In this document: piece after piece, positions 20,139 through 29,596 of the stretch | How positions within the stretch are numbered: the first letter of the stretch is position 1 | Layout of the letters: each line of letters starts with the position of its first letter | From: an uncultured delta proteobacterium | GTDB lineage: Bacteria; Desulfobacterota; Binatia; Binatales; Binataceae | Length of the DNA stretch: 64,000 bases | Direction of reading: 5' to 3' | Assembly (NCBI GenBank): GCA_963765675.1 | Contig: CAVXXK010000006.1 | Location: forward strand, 64,001 to 128,000 | Program-made: the position numbers and the translations under genes | Notes under the pieces: generated by a model | What the model was told of the DNA's origin: nothing | Seen by the model: only the letters and a program-made list of their open reading frames with translations | Databases searched by the model: none

Positions 20139-20347
20139 GGGATTGATCCTCGTGTTGTTTCGTTCGAGCCTGCCGCGCGCGCGTCGGGAGACGCACGCCG
20201 GTGATGCGCTCACTTAAGATCACGCGGACGCGATAGTCAATTGCGCTGCTCACGTTCTGAGTGCACCAGTAAGGCCGCGCTCTCAAGAAAGCGGCGAGGC
20301 GTGGGCCTGATTGCGGGCACGGGCAAAAATGAAATTGGAGATCAAGC

Positions 20348-21244
20348 ATGCGCATATTCATGACGGGAGCAACTGGCTTTATCGGTTCCTTTCTCGTCCC
20401 GGAACTCATCAACGCAGGCCATCAGGTAGTTGGGCTCAGCCGTTCGGACGCGGGCGCCGAGCTGCTCACCCGGGCCGGGGCAGAGGTCTTTCGCGGCGAC
20501 GTGAACAACCGGGACAGCCTGCGCACTGCTGCAGCGGCGGCCGACGGCGTCATCCACGCGGCCTTCAACCACGACTTCTCCAAGTTAAAGCAGCACAGCG
20601 AGGAGGACCGCAAAGTCATCGAGACGCTCGGCGAGGTATTGGTTGGCTCGGACCGGCCGCTCGTCATCACCTCCGGCACTGGCCTCGTCCGGTCGAAGAC
20701 CGGCGGCCCGGCTGTAGAGACCGACGACCACCTCACCTCGGCCGAGTCGCCGCGCGCAGCCTCCGAGGAGGCTGCTGACGCGCTCATCGCCAAGGGCGGG
20801 CGCGTGATAGTGATGCGGCTGCCGCAGGTGCATGACACGCGCCGGTTCGGGCGGATCACACAACATGTCCAGTTAGCGCGGAAATGGGGCCGGGTGGCGT
20901 ATGTCGGCGAGGGCAAGAACCGCTTGCCTGCAGTGCACGTCTCCGACGCCGTCCGGCTTTTCCGGCAGGCGCTCGAGCAGGGCCACGCCGGCGCGCGCTA
21001 CCACGCCGTATGCGAGGAAGGCGTTGCCCTGCGCGACATCGCCGAGGTGATCGGTGCGGGGTTGAAGATACCGGTAGAGTCGATCGCGCCGGAAGAGGCG
21101 CCGGAGTACTTCGGCTGGTTGGCGAACCTCGCCCAGATCGATCTTGCGGCCTCCAGCGCGCTGACGCGCCAACAGCTGGGCTGGAACCCCACCGGGCCGG
21201 ACCTGCTGACCGACCTGCGCAACATGGATTACAGCGTGGCCTAA
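20348..21244 (+). CDS. NAD-dependent epimerase/atypical SDR oxidoreductase
   Basis: TGATGFIG, VIHAAFNHDF, AVHVSDA; RBS GGAG. Confidence 0.9.
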   Translation: MRIFMTGATGFIGSFLVPELINAGHQVVGLSRSDAGAELLTRAGAEVFRGDVNNRDSLRTAAAAADGVIHAAFNHDFSKLKQHSEEDRKVIETLGEVLVGSDRPLVITSGTGLVRSKTGGPAVETDDHLTSAESPRAASEEAADALIAKGGRVIVMRLPQVHDTRRFGRITQHVQLARKWGRVAYVGEGKNRLPAVHVSDAVRLFRQALEQGHAGARYHAVCEEGVALRDIAEVIGAGLKIPVESIAPEEAPEYFGWLANLAQIDLAASSALTRQQLGWNPTGPDLLTDLRNMDYSVA

Positions 21245-21361
21245 GGAGCGGCTGGGATCGCGACGAATCCGCCCTCACGCGCCGATACGCATTAGTTCCG
21301 CAAGAGCTCTCCGCAGGCAGAGGGTATCGCGGCAGAGGCGATCGCTTATGCGTCAACAGCG

Positions 21362-22378
21362 CTACGCGATTGGTTGATGAATCGCTTCGGCGGCTTCGGC
21401 GTCGTCTGGATACGCGACCTCGGGCTCGCCTGGATGCTTGCGATGGGCATCGGCGCCGAGGACCAGCGCCAGCACGCCCGAGATTGCGATCAGGACGCCG
21501 ATTATCTCGCGGCGGTTGGCACTCTCGCCCAGAAATACGACTGCGAACAGAATCGAGAGCATCGGGATGCCGGGCACTACGAGCGCGGTCGTCCAGGCCA
21601 GCGATAATCGGCTGATCGCGCCGTACCAGGTGAGCGAGGAGAGGAAGTAGATAAAAAATCCCGAGGCGAAAATTACCGCGAGTGCCGGGATGCTCGAAAG
21701 CTGCGAGAGCGTGTGCGGACGCAAGAGCAACAGCATCGCGAGCAGCGCAAACGCCGCGTATATCATCCTGCCCGCGGTTACAGTAACCGGCGCGAGCGGC
21801 GGCATCATCTTGAGCCCAATCACATGCGAGGCTTGCCAGAAGAGCGGAGTGCATAGTACCAGAACCGCTGCCCACAGCGGAGAAAATTCGCCGCCGGCGC
21901 CAAACACCGAGCCGATTCCGAGCAGGATCGTCGCCGTCGCCAGGAGCTGACGCCACGACGGACGCTCGCCGACGAGGATCGTCGCCAGGACGAGCGAGTA
22001 AACCGGCTCGGTCTGAAGCAGGATCGTCCCTGCGATCGCGTCGATTCGAGTAAGTCCGAAGGTGAGTGTAAGGCTGGTCGCGACCGTCCCGACCATCGAC
22101 ATCGCGAACATCCGCATCCGGAACCGCGGAGCGAACAGGATCCCAAGCTCGTGCTGGCGAGTCATTGCGATCGCGCTGCATACCGCCGCGACGACTACCG
22201 CCCCGGTGCAGAACAGGAGAGGATCGAGGTTCACCGCGCCCCATCGCGTGAGGCCGGGCTGCGAAGCGCCGATGATCGTGTTGACGATTGCGAGCGCGAG
22301 GCCGATTCGGAATGCGCGGCCCAAATGCTCGGCGCGAGCCGCAGCGGCGGCCGGCGGCGGGGACGACTTTTCTTCCAT
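21362..22378 (-). CDS. DMT/EamA family transporter
   Basis: About ten hydrophobic helices, two EamA repeats (LQTEPVYSLVLATILVGER; ILFAVVFLGE). Confidence 0.85.
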   Translation of the reverse strand: MEEKSSPPPAAAAARAEHLGRAFRIGLALAIVNTIIGASQPGLTRWGAVNLDPLLFCTGAVVVAAVCSAIAMTRQHELGILFAPRFRMRMFAMSMVGTVATSLTLTFGLTRIDAIAGTILLQTEPVYSLVLATILVGERPSWRQLLATATILLGIGSVFGAGGEFSPLWAAVLVLCTPLFWQASHVIGLKMMPPLAPVTVTAGRMIYAAFALLAMLLLLRPHTLSQLSSIPALAVIFASGFFIYFLSSLTWYGAISRLSLAWTTALVVPGIPMLSILFAVVFLGESANRREIIGVLIAISGVLALVLGADAHRKHPGEPEVAYPDDAEAAEAIHQPIA

Positions 22379-22385
22379 CGCGACT

Positions 22386-23175
22386 TCAGGCGCGCGCAAT
22401 CACGACGCCGATAACCACGCCCGCAAGCGCGACGCGATACCATGCGAAAGGAATGTAGGTCCGCGTCTTGACGAACCGGATCAAACCGACGATCGCGATG
22501 ACTCCGAAAATCGTCGCGGCGATGAATCCCCATCCGACTTGCGGATTGATTCCGGCGCGCAGGATTTTGTGCGCCCTCGACCATGCCGGCGCCCGCGATG
22601 ATCGGCGTCGCCATCAGGAAGGAAAAATTCGCCGCGTCCTGCCGCTCAACGCCGAGCAGCCGCGCCATCGTGATCGTCGCTCCCGACCGCGATACGCCGG
22701 GAAAGATCGCGAGAGCCTGACTTAGCCCGATTGCGATAGCGTCGAGGACCGAGAGCTGTCCCATCGTCCGCTCATTCGGCCTATATTCATCTATAAGCCA
22801 AAGAGCGATGCCTAGAATGCCCAAAGCGAGCCCAATCCACAGAATATGCTCCCGAAACAGGGTCTCGGCCTCCTTCTCGAGCGCGAGCCCGATAATCGCG
22901 CCCGGAATCGAGGCGACTATCAGGAGAAGGAGCAGCCGGCGGCGGGCCGCGTCGCCATTGACGATCGACGCCACCATCTCGACCCAGTCGCGCCAGTAAT
23001 AGAGCAGCAGTGCCACCAAGGTTCCCAGATGTAGCGCTACGTCGAAGGCCAAGCCGGGATCCTGCCATCCAAAGAACCACGGAATCAGCACCAGATGCGC
23101 AGAACTGGAGACAGGCAGGAATTCGGTAAGTCCCTGGACGGCACCGAGAATGATCGCTTGTAAGGTCGAAAACAT
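22386..23175 (-). CDS. uppP: Undecaprenyl-diphosphatase (apparent +1 frameshift near 22575)
   Basis: QGLTEFLPVSSSAHL, HLGT, PGVSRSGATI, FSFLMATP. Corrected frame gives the hydrophobic C-terminus ...FAWYRVALAGVVIGVVIARA*. Confidence 0.9.
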
Positions 23176-23284
23176 AGTTATTTCAACTACTTAGCAGATC
23201 TGCAACAGCACTCCGGCAAATTGTTTCAAGTTCGTATCCCCTGTTGATAACCGGATTATCCGCCATCCAGCATGCCGATTTCGC

Positions 23285-23312
23285 TTGACCGGTTGACCGC
23301 TTGGTCTAAAAT
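23285..23312 (+). promoter_or_regulatory. Putative sigma70 promoter
   Basis: TTGACC-N16-TAAAAT upstream of the 23358 ORF. Confidence 0.45.
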
Positions 23313-23357
23313 CAAGGTGCGAGTTCGGATGTGGGGAGGACTTAGAGGGAGGTTTCG

Positions 23358-23687
23358 ATGCCTATGAGTCGCAGCGCACACGGTAAGGTCATCCCGCTTC
23401 GGGAGGGCAGTATCGTCGATGAAGAGGTGGACGCGTCGCGGTCCCGGCTGTGGGATTCGGTGCATCCGGGCGACCCGCGTCCGTTCCCAACAGTCAATAC
23501 TCTGCCGCGGCTGCCGGTCGCAATTGCGGACGAGATTCTGGACTACTACGGATGGGTCTTCTGCCAGGGCGGATTTCTTAACTTGCAGATGACCTTCGAG
23601 CAGTTTCTGGCCGTAGTAGCGGCAGTCAGCCCGTCGGGGCTGTGCCCTGAATACGACCCGTCGGAGTTTTCGAGCGTAAACGGCTGA
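23358..23687 (+). CDS. Hypothetical protein
   Basis: 109-aa ORF with GGAGG RBS and an upstream promoter candidate; no family recognised. Confidence 0.6.
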   Translation: MPMSRSAHGKVIPLREGSIVDEEVDASRSRLWDSVHPGDPRPFPTVNTLPRLPVAIADEILDYYGWVFCQGGFLNLQMTFEQFLAVVAAVSPSGLCPEYDPSEFSSVNG

Positions 23688-23802
23688 TCCGATAGTATCG
23701 CCAATACCAGCGCGCCCGTCGCCCTGCGATGCGGCGCGCTTTGCGTTTCGAGGACATCCCTGGGTAGCGCGCAGGTCTCGCCTCGGGACTGCGTGGTGGG
23801 CT

Positions 23803-24490
23803 TCAGGGCGCAGTGGAAGCCCCCTTATGGGCAGGCAGCAGGTCGTCCCTGACCCAAATAGTTTCAATCCCGCTCAGATTGCTGCCCGATTTCAGGCCAT
23901 TGTCCTTTGCGATTTGCCGCCAGTTGTCTTCGCTGCCTGTTGCCCGCTTTGCCAGCGCAGGCAAGTCCTCACCGGGCAGCAGAGCGAAATTGACGCCGCC
24001 TTCGCGTGGGACCGGAGAGGGAGGCGGAAGCTTTGCCGCAAGCTGGTCGAACTTGCCGAACAGATCAAGCCGTTTGCTCGGCAGGTATGCAGGGAGGTCG
24101 GAGTCCTGGATATCCTGGGTCTCGAGATTCGCGACGATCCGGCTAGTGCGATCGCCGGTCGGTACCACTTCGATATCGTAACGATACTGCGGATCGACTC
24201 CCACGATGCTCCCGAACATCCCCGCGCCCTTGTCGGCAGGACGCCAATTGGTGACCAGATGTTCGCCTCCCATTTTGACCTCGAACAGGATTCCCTCGCC
24301 GCGCAAGACGTCCTGCGTCATCACGAAGGTATCCTGCGCGGGGTATGGCGTATCGTGCTGCTCGCCCTCCGCGGCCTCGGTGCCGCCGCCGGCCACGCTG
24401 TACGGCGCATACGCTGCGGCGCATCCGGCAAGAGTCATGAAGAGCAGACTCACCAGAGCTGAATGCAGGTATCTTGAGGATCGCATGATG
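23803..24490 (-). CDS. Lipoprotein with a C-terminal LysM-like domain
   Basis: Lipobox LAGC; C-terminal PGEDLPALAKRATGSEDNWRQIAKDNGL. Start codon approximate. Confidence 0.65.
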
Positions 24491-24640
24491 CAACGCCACC
24501 GATCAGGAAACCATGCACGTTCCCCGTGCGCAAGACGACGACACAAGAAGACGACCGTCAACGAGATAGCGCCAGTTTAACCCGACGAGCGCGCGAATGT
24601 TGCGCCACGCGCGAGAGCACGCTAATCAGATACTTCGCTT

Positions 24641-26002
24641 ATGACGGACATATTGAACAATACCCCGCGGCACGTGATCGCGGTGGTTGGCGCCGCCACC
24701 GCGGGCTCGGAAATCGCGCGGATTCTCGCCCAGCGCGGCGCGCTGGTCGTGGTCTTCGAGCAGAACCCGCGGCCCTACGGAAAAATTGAGGATGGGCTGC
24801 CGCGATGGCACGTGAAGCAACGCCGGGACGAGTACGGCGAGATCGATAATCGGCTCGACCATCCGAATATCGCCTACGTTCCGATGACGGCGCTCGGGCG
24901 CGATCTCGATTTCGAGGAACTGCGAACGCGCTGGGGTCTGTCCGGAATCGTGCTGACTCATGGCGCGTGGCGCGACCGTCCGTTCCCGGTAGAGGGTGCC
25001 GACCAGTTCGTCGATCACGGATTGGTTTATCAGAATCCGCTCATCTACTGGTTCAATCACTACAACGAAAAAGGATACAAGGGACCACGCTACGAGCTGA
25101 CTCCCGGAGCGATCGTGGTGGGCGGAGGCCTTGCGTCGATCGACGTCGTCAAGGTGCTGCAAATCGAGATGACGCTGCGGGCTCTCGCGGCGCGCGGAAT
25201 CTCCGAAGATCTCGTGCGGATCGAGCGCGAGGGAATCGAGCCTGTCCTTGCGGCGCACAATCTCAAATGGGCTGACCTCGGCGTCGCGCCGTGCAAACTT
25301 TATTATCGTCGCCGGGTCTTGGACATGCCGCTGTCGGATATAGCGCCGGATGCGACACCCAAGCGGGCGGAGGCGATGCGCTCGGCGCGCGCGAAAATTC
25401 TCGAGAAGGCGATGCGCAAGTTCCTGTTCGAGTTCCAGGAGCTGCGCGCCCCGACCGGAATTATCGCGGAGAACGGCGCGATGGTGGGGGTGCGGTTCAG
25501 CGCTACCGAGGTTGTCGACGGGCAGGTCAGAATCGTCGCCGACAGCGTTGAGGCGCCGCGCGCGCCACTGACGATCAGCTCGATCGGCAGTATCCCGGAG
25601 CCGATTCCCGGAATCGCGCAGAAGGGCGAGACCTACGTCTACGCCGATCAGAAAACCGGCCTCCTGATGGACGGACCGACCGCGGTCTTTGCGGCCGGCA
25701 ACGTGCTGACCGGCAAGGGTAATATCAAGGACTCGCTCGACAGCGGGACCGAGGTTGGCACGCGGATCGCCGAGGCCTACCTCGGCCTGTCAGACGAAAC
25801 CGTCGCGCTCGCCGAGGGCGCTCGCAATGCGGCAACCGCAGCGGGCGAGGCGATAGCGGGAGCGCTCGCCTCGCGCGAAAATCTCGCGCCGGAAGCGATC
25901 GCATCAATATTGCGCCGCGTTGAAGAGCGCCAGCGGGCGATCGGATACACGGGCGACTATCGTGCCTGGATCGCGAAAGTAACTCCGCCCGATCTGCAGT
26001 AA
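24641..26002 (+). CDS. FAD-dependent pyridine nucleotide oxidoreductase (ferredoxin-NADP+ reductase-like)
   Basis: N-terminal dinucleotide fold VIAVVGAATAG, PYGKIEDGLP, second fold VVGGGLASID, YRRR, FAAGN. Confidence 0.7.
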   Translation: MTDILNNTPRHVIAVVGAATAGSEIARILAQRGALVVVFEQNPRPYGKIEDGLPRWHVKQRRDEYGEIDNRLDHPNIAYVPMTALGRDLDFEELRTRWGLSGIVLTHGAWRDRPFPVEGADQFVDHGLVYQNPLIYWFNHYNEKGYKGPRYELTPGAIVVGGGLASIDVVKVLQIEMTLRALAARGISEDLVRIEREGIEPVLAAHNLKWADLGVAPCKLYYRRRVLDMPLSDIAPDATPKRAEAMRSARAKILEKAMRKFLFEFQELRAPTGIIAENGAMVGVRFSATEVVDGQVRIVADSVEAPRAPLTISSIGSIPEPIPGIAQKGETYVYADQKTGLLMDGPTAVFAAGNVLTGKGNIKDSLDSGTEVGTRIAEAYLGLSDETVALAEGARNAATAAGEAIAGALASRENLAPEAIASILRRVEERQRAIGYTGDYRAWIAKVTPPDLQ

Positions 26003-26057
26003 CCGGGCGCGCCATTTTGCCTCGACCGGCGGCGGGCGCTAGGCTCTCGGCAGCAAA

Positions 26058-27323
26058 ATGCGCGCGAGGTGCGGTGTGGAAGAGCTCAAGCGAACCGATC
26101 CCGAAATCTACGACATCATCCGCAAGGAAGAGCGCTACGAATTCGATTCCGTGCGCCTCATCCCGTCGGAGAATTACGCCTCGGCGGCGGTGCTCGAAGC
26201 TACAGGCTCGATCCTGACCAACAAATATTCCGAAGGCTATTCCGGACGCCGCTACTACGAGGGCCAGCGCCATATCGATACGCTCGAGACACTCGTGATC
26301 AATCGCGCCAAGGCGCTGTTCGGAGCCGAGCACGCCAACGTGCAGCCCTACTCGGGCTCGCCGGCGAATCTCGCGGTCTATTTTGGGCTGCTCAAGCCTG
26401 GCGAAACGATCATGGGGATGGCGCTGCCGATGGGCGGGCATCTGACCCACGGATGGAACGTCAGTATCACGGGGACGTTCTGGCGCGCGGTGCAGTACAA
26501 CGTCGATCGCGAGACGCATCGGATCGACTACGACGCGGTGCGCGATCTCGCGCGGCGCGAGAAGCCGCGCATCATCGTCTGCGGCGCGACCGCATATCCG
26601 CGGATCATCGATTTCAAGGCGTTCGCCGAGATCGCGAAAGAAACCGGCGCGCTGATGCTCGCCGATATCGCGCATATCGCCGGCCTCGTCGTCGGCGGAG
26701 TGCATCCGAGCCCGCTGCCGTACGCCGATGTCGTCACGACCACGACGCACAAGACGCTGCGCGGACCGCGCGGCGCGATGATCCTGTGCAAGGCCGAGCA
26801 CGCCGACGCGATCGACAAGGCGGTCTTTCCGGGATTGCAGGGCGGGCCGCATAACCACACCACCGCCGCGATCGGCGTGGCGCTCAAGGAGGCGGCGACG
26901 CCCGCGTTCAAAGACTACGCGGCGCAGATCGTGCGCAACGCCAAGGCGCTCGCGGAGGAACTGCTCGCGCGCGGATTCTCGCTGGTCTCGGGCGGCACCG
27001 ACAATCATCTGATTTTGGTCGATCTGACGAACAAGAAAGTAATCGGCAAGAAGGGCGCAAAGGCGCTCGACGTCGCCGGGATCGTCTGCAACTACAACAC
27101 CGTTCCGTATGATCCGCGCAAACCCTTCAGCCCCAGCGGCTTGCGCCTCGGCACGCCCGCGGTGACCTCGCGCGGGATGCGCGAGCCTGAGATGAAACTG
27201 ATCGGCAAATGGATGGACGAAGCGATCGCGCACGCGGGCGACGAAGCCGCGCTGAATCGAATCGCGGGCGAGGTCGCCGAGATGTGCCATCACTTTCCCG
27301 CGCCGGGGCTGTCGATTCGCTGA
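26058..27323 (+). CDS. glyA: Serine hydroxymethyltransferase
   Basis: LIPSENY, NKYSEGY..RYYEG, ANVQPYSGS, GGHLTHG, TTTTHKTLRGPRG, GGTDNHL. Start may be GTG 26076. Confidence 0.97.
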   Translation: MRARCGVEELKRTDPEIYDIIRKEERYEFDSVRLIPSENYASAAVLEATGSILTNKYSEGYSGRRYYEGQRHIDTLETLVINRAKALFGAEHANVQPYSGSPANLAVYFGLLKPGETIMGMALPMGGHLTHGWNVSITGTFWRAVQYNVDRETHRIDYDAVRDLARREKPRIIVCGATAYPRIIDFKAFAEIAKETGALMLADIAHIAGLVVGGVHPSPLPYADVVTTTTHKTLRGPRGAMILCKAEHADAIDKAVFPGLQGGPHNHTTAAIGVALKEAATPAFKDYAAQIVRNAKALAEELLARGFSLVSGGTDNHLILVDLTNKKVIGKKGAKALDVAGIVCNYNTVPYDPRKPFSPSGLRLGTPAVTSRGMREPEMKLIGKWMDEAIAHAGDEAALNRIAGEVAEMCHHFPAPGLSIR

Positions 27324-27342
27324 AGGCGGTCAGCACTAAATC

Positions 27343-27401
27343 GGCCACAAAGACACGAAGGCACAAAGAAAAACCTTAGTGTCTTTGTGTCTTAGTGGCC
27401 G
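27343..27401. repeat. Short family C hairpin
   Basis: GGCCACAAAGACACGAAGGCACAAAG...CTTAGTGTCTTTGTGTCTTAGTGGCC directly after glyA. Confidence 0.7.
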
Positions 27402-27465
27402 CTTGGTTTTGTCTTTCTTCCCGCGCTTCTTGACATCTCTGCGCCCCTGACGCGATAACCGCGCC

Positions 27466-28548
27466 ATGGCCAAGATAAAAATCGAACGCGGACTAAATTT
27501 CGGCGCGCCGTACACGCCCGACATGCAGCAGGCGGACAAGCGCCCAGAGCCGACCTGGACCACGATCGGCGCACAGGTGCGCGAGGCTGAAGCGCTAGGC
27601 TACGATTCATTGATTGCAGTTGAGACGCAGCACGATCCATATCTCGGGCTTGCGATCGCCGCGATGGAGCCGGCAAAGATCGAGCTCGGCACCGGGATCG
27701 CGCTCGCGTTCACCAAGAGTCCTGTCTCGACCGCTTATACCGCGTGGGATCTCCAACGCATGAGCGGTGGGCGTCTGATGCTGGGGATCGGCTCGCAGGT
27801 GAAGGGCCATGTGATGCGGCGCTTCGGGATGCCGTGGTCGAAGCCCGCGCAGCGGATGAAAGATTACGTCGGTGCGATGCGCGCGTGCTGGAAGACCTGG
27901 CAGACGGGCGAGCCGCTCAACTTCCGCAGCGAGCATTACAACCTGTCGCTGATGACGCCGAACTTTTCGCCTCCGCCGCAGGAGCATCCGCACATCCCGG
28001 TCGCGATCGCGGCGGTGCAGGAGAGGATGCTGCAAGTCGCGGGCGAAGTTTGCGACGGAGTGCGCCTGCACGGAATCGTGACGCGCAAATATATCGATCA
28101 GATCGCACTGCCGAATCTCAAGAAGGGCTTCGAGAAATCCGGACGCCCGGCTTCCGAGTGGCCCGATTTTCAAATCTCGGGCGGCGGTTTCCTGGTCGCG
28201 GCGAAAGATCGCGACGCGCTCGCGAAGGCGATCGAGACAACGAAATCGACCATCGCATTCTACGGCTCGACGCGTTCGTATCGTTCGAGCTTCGAGCTCG
28301 ACGGATGGGGCGACACCGCCGACGAGCTGCACAAGCTCTCGGTACAGCAGAAGTGGCGCGAGATGGCGAAGCTGGTAAGCGAAGAGATGGTACACGCCTT
28401 CGCCGCGGTCGGAACCTACGACGAGATCGCGGCGGTGATAAGGAAACGCTTCGCCGGAATCAACCGCTTAGGCTTCGACATGCCAGTGCATAACGATCAC
28501 GACCGCGGCGTGTTGAAGGAGATTCTGCAAGACCTCCGACGCGTATAG
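27466..28548 (+). CDS. LLM-class, probably F420-dependent oxidoreductase
   Basis: ETQHDPYL, LGTGIALAF, GIGSQVKGH..RRFG, GEVCDGVRLH, IAFYGST..Y. Confidence 0.85.
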   Translation: MAKIKIERGLNFGAPYTPDMQQADKRPEPTWTTIGAQVREAEALGYDSLIAVETQHDPYLGLAIAAMEPAKIELGTGIALAFTKSPVSTAYTAWDLQRMSGGRLMLGIGSQVKGHVMRRFGMPWSKPAQRMKDYVGAMRACWKTWQTGEPLNFRSEHYNLSLMTPNFSPPPQEHPHIPVAIAAVQERMLQVAGEVCDGVRLHGIVTRKYIDQIALPNLKKGFEKSGRPASEWPDFQISGGGFLVAAKDRDALAKAIETTKSTIAFYGSTRSYRSSFELDGWGDTADELHKLSVQQKWREMAKLVSEEMVHAFAAVGTYDEIAAVIRKRFAGINRLGFDMPVHNDHDRGVLKEILQDLRRV

Positions 28549-28581
28549 AGATCCTCTCCGTTTCGTGATCTCCTGCAGATA

Positions 28582-28782
28582 CCCTCTCCCCCCGGGAGAG
28601 GGCGACGCGGCGCGGCGATTGCTTTCGTTTAGCAATCGCCGTGACGCGTGGGTGAGGGAGTCCTTGCGCGATTCTCGCGATTCATAATGTTTCTTCGACG
28701 CGTTGGTGGCGTGGTAGGCCGCCCTCACCCGAGGATGCCTTCGCTGTGCGAAGTCATCCTCGGCCTCTCCCGGAGGGAGAGG
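28582..28782. repeat. Family A2 palindromic pair (CCCTCTCCC..GGGAGAGGG...GGGTGAGGG units, inverted)
   Basis: First unit nearly identical to 54914-54989; second unit inverted; between convergent genes. Confidence 0.85.
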
Positions 28783-28855
28783 CGCATACGAGGGCGCATC
28801 GTTCCTCAGGATTTCTGTTCAATCTGGGAGATCAGGCAGCGCGCGCGAGGAAGGC

Positions 28856-29557
28856 CTACGCGCGGGGCGGATCTATATCCGACCATAGTCGGCGCATGAA
28901 TTCGATGTGCGACTCTACCGCCCATAGCGTTTCGGGTGCCGCGCTTTCGGGGATCGCTTTGAAGATCGAGCCGGCGCTGGTGTCGCCATGATCCTTGTCA
29001 ACTTTTACGTGGACCGAAAAAAACAGCAGCGCGTCGTCTGACAGATGATAGTTGCGGCGCAGTCCGTCGATCACGCGCACGTAGGCGTCGGGGTTGAATA
29101 GCTCGGAGCCGAGACTGATGCCGGCCAGCGTGACGTACCACGGCTTCGAGTCGGCCAGCCAGTACATCCAGTGCATCATCGCGGTCGCGTCGGGCGACAT
29201 CCGCGCCGTGAGCAGGCGCTCGCGTGGGATTCCGATCGCCTCGCCGAATTCGAGATACAACTCGGGGTGCGACCGTCCGACACCGGAGACGCGGCCCAGC
29301 TCTTCTTCGATCAAGTTCTCGACGATTGATTTGCGCGCGGGAAAGTCGTCGCACTTCGCGTAGATCAATCCAAGGATATTAGCGTTGTGCGCCTTGTTGC
29401 CGACGAAGAGCTGCGTCGCCCACCATCGCAGTTGATCGATTGTCAGCTCTCCGCGCTCGATTTTCTCGATCGTCGGATGCGACTTCAGCGTGCGATTATT
29501 GCGCTCCAGCCGCGCGATCAGCGCGTTCAGCTCGCCGATTCCCTTCTGCACGTCCAT
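28856..29557 (-). CDS. Heme-oxygenase-like diiron enzyme (CADD/PqqC/TenA superfamily)
   Basis: HP..., ENLIEEE...SHPEL, GSE, FFSVHVKVDKDH metal-ligand pattern. Confidence 0.8.
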   Translation of the reverse strand: MDVQKGIGELNALIARLERNNRTLKSHPTIEKIERGELTIDQLRWWATQLFVGNKAHNANILGLIYAKCDDFPARKSIVENLIEEELGRVSGVGRSHPELYLEFGEAIGIPRERLLTARMSPDATAMMHWMYWLADSKPWYVTLAGISLGSELFNPDAYVRVIDGLRRNYHLSDDALLFFSVHVKVDKDHGDTSAGSIFKAIPESAAPETLWAVESHIEFMRRLWSDIDPPRA

Positions 29558-29596
29558 CGTAGGATTCTCCCCGCGCGAAGATCCGCGACCGCGCGG

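Noticed and set aside
25725-27293. Long antisense ORFs (e.g. 522 aa opposite glyA, 540 aa opposite nuoB/F, 491 aa opposite E1 beta)
   Set aside because: Expected shadow frames in high-GC coding DNA; no recognisable motifs.
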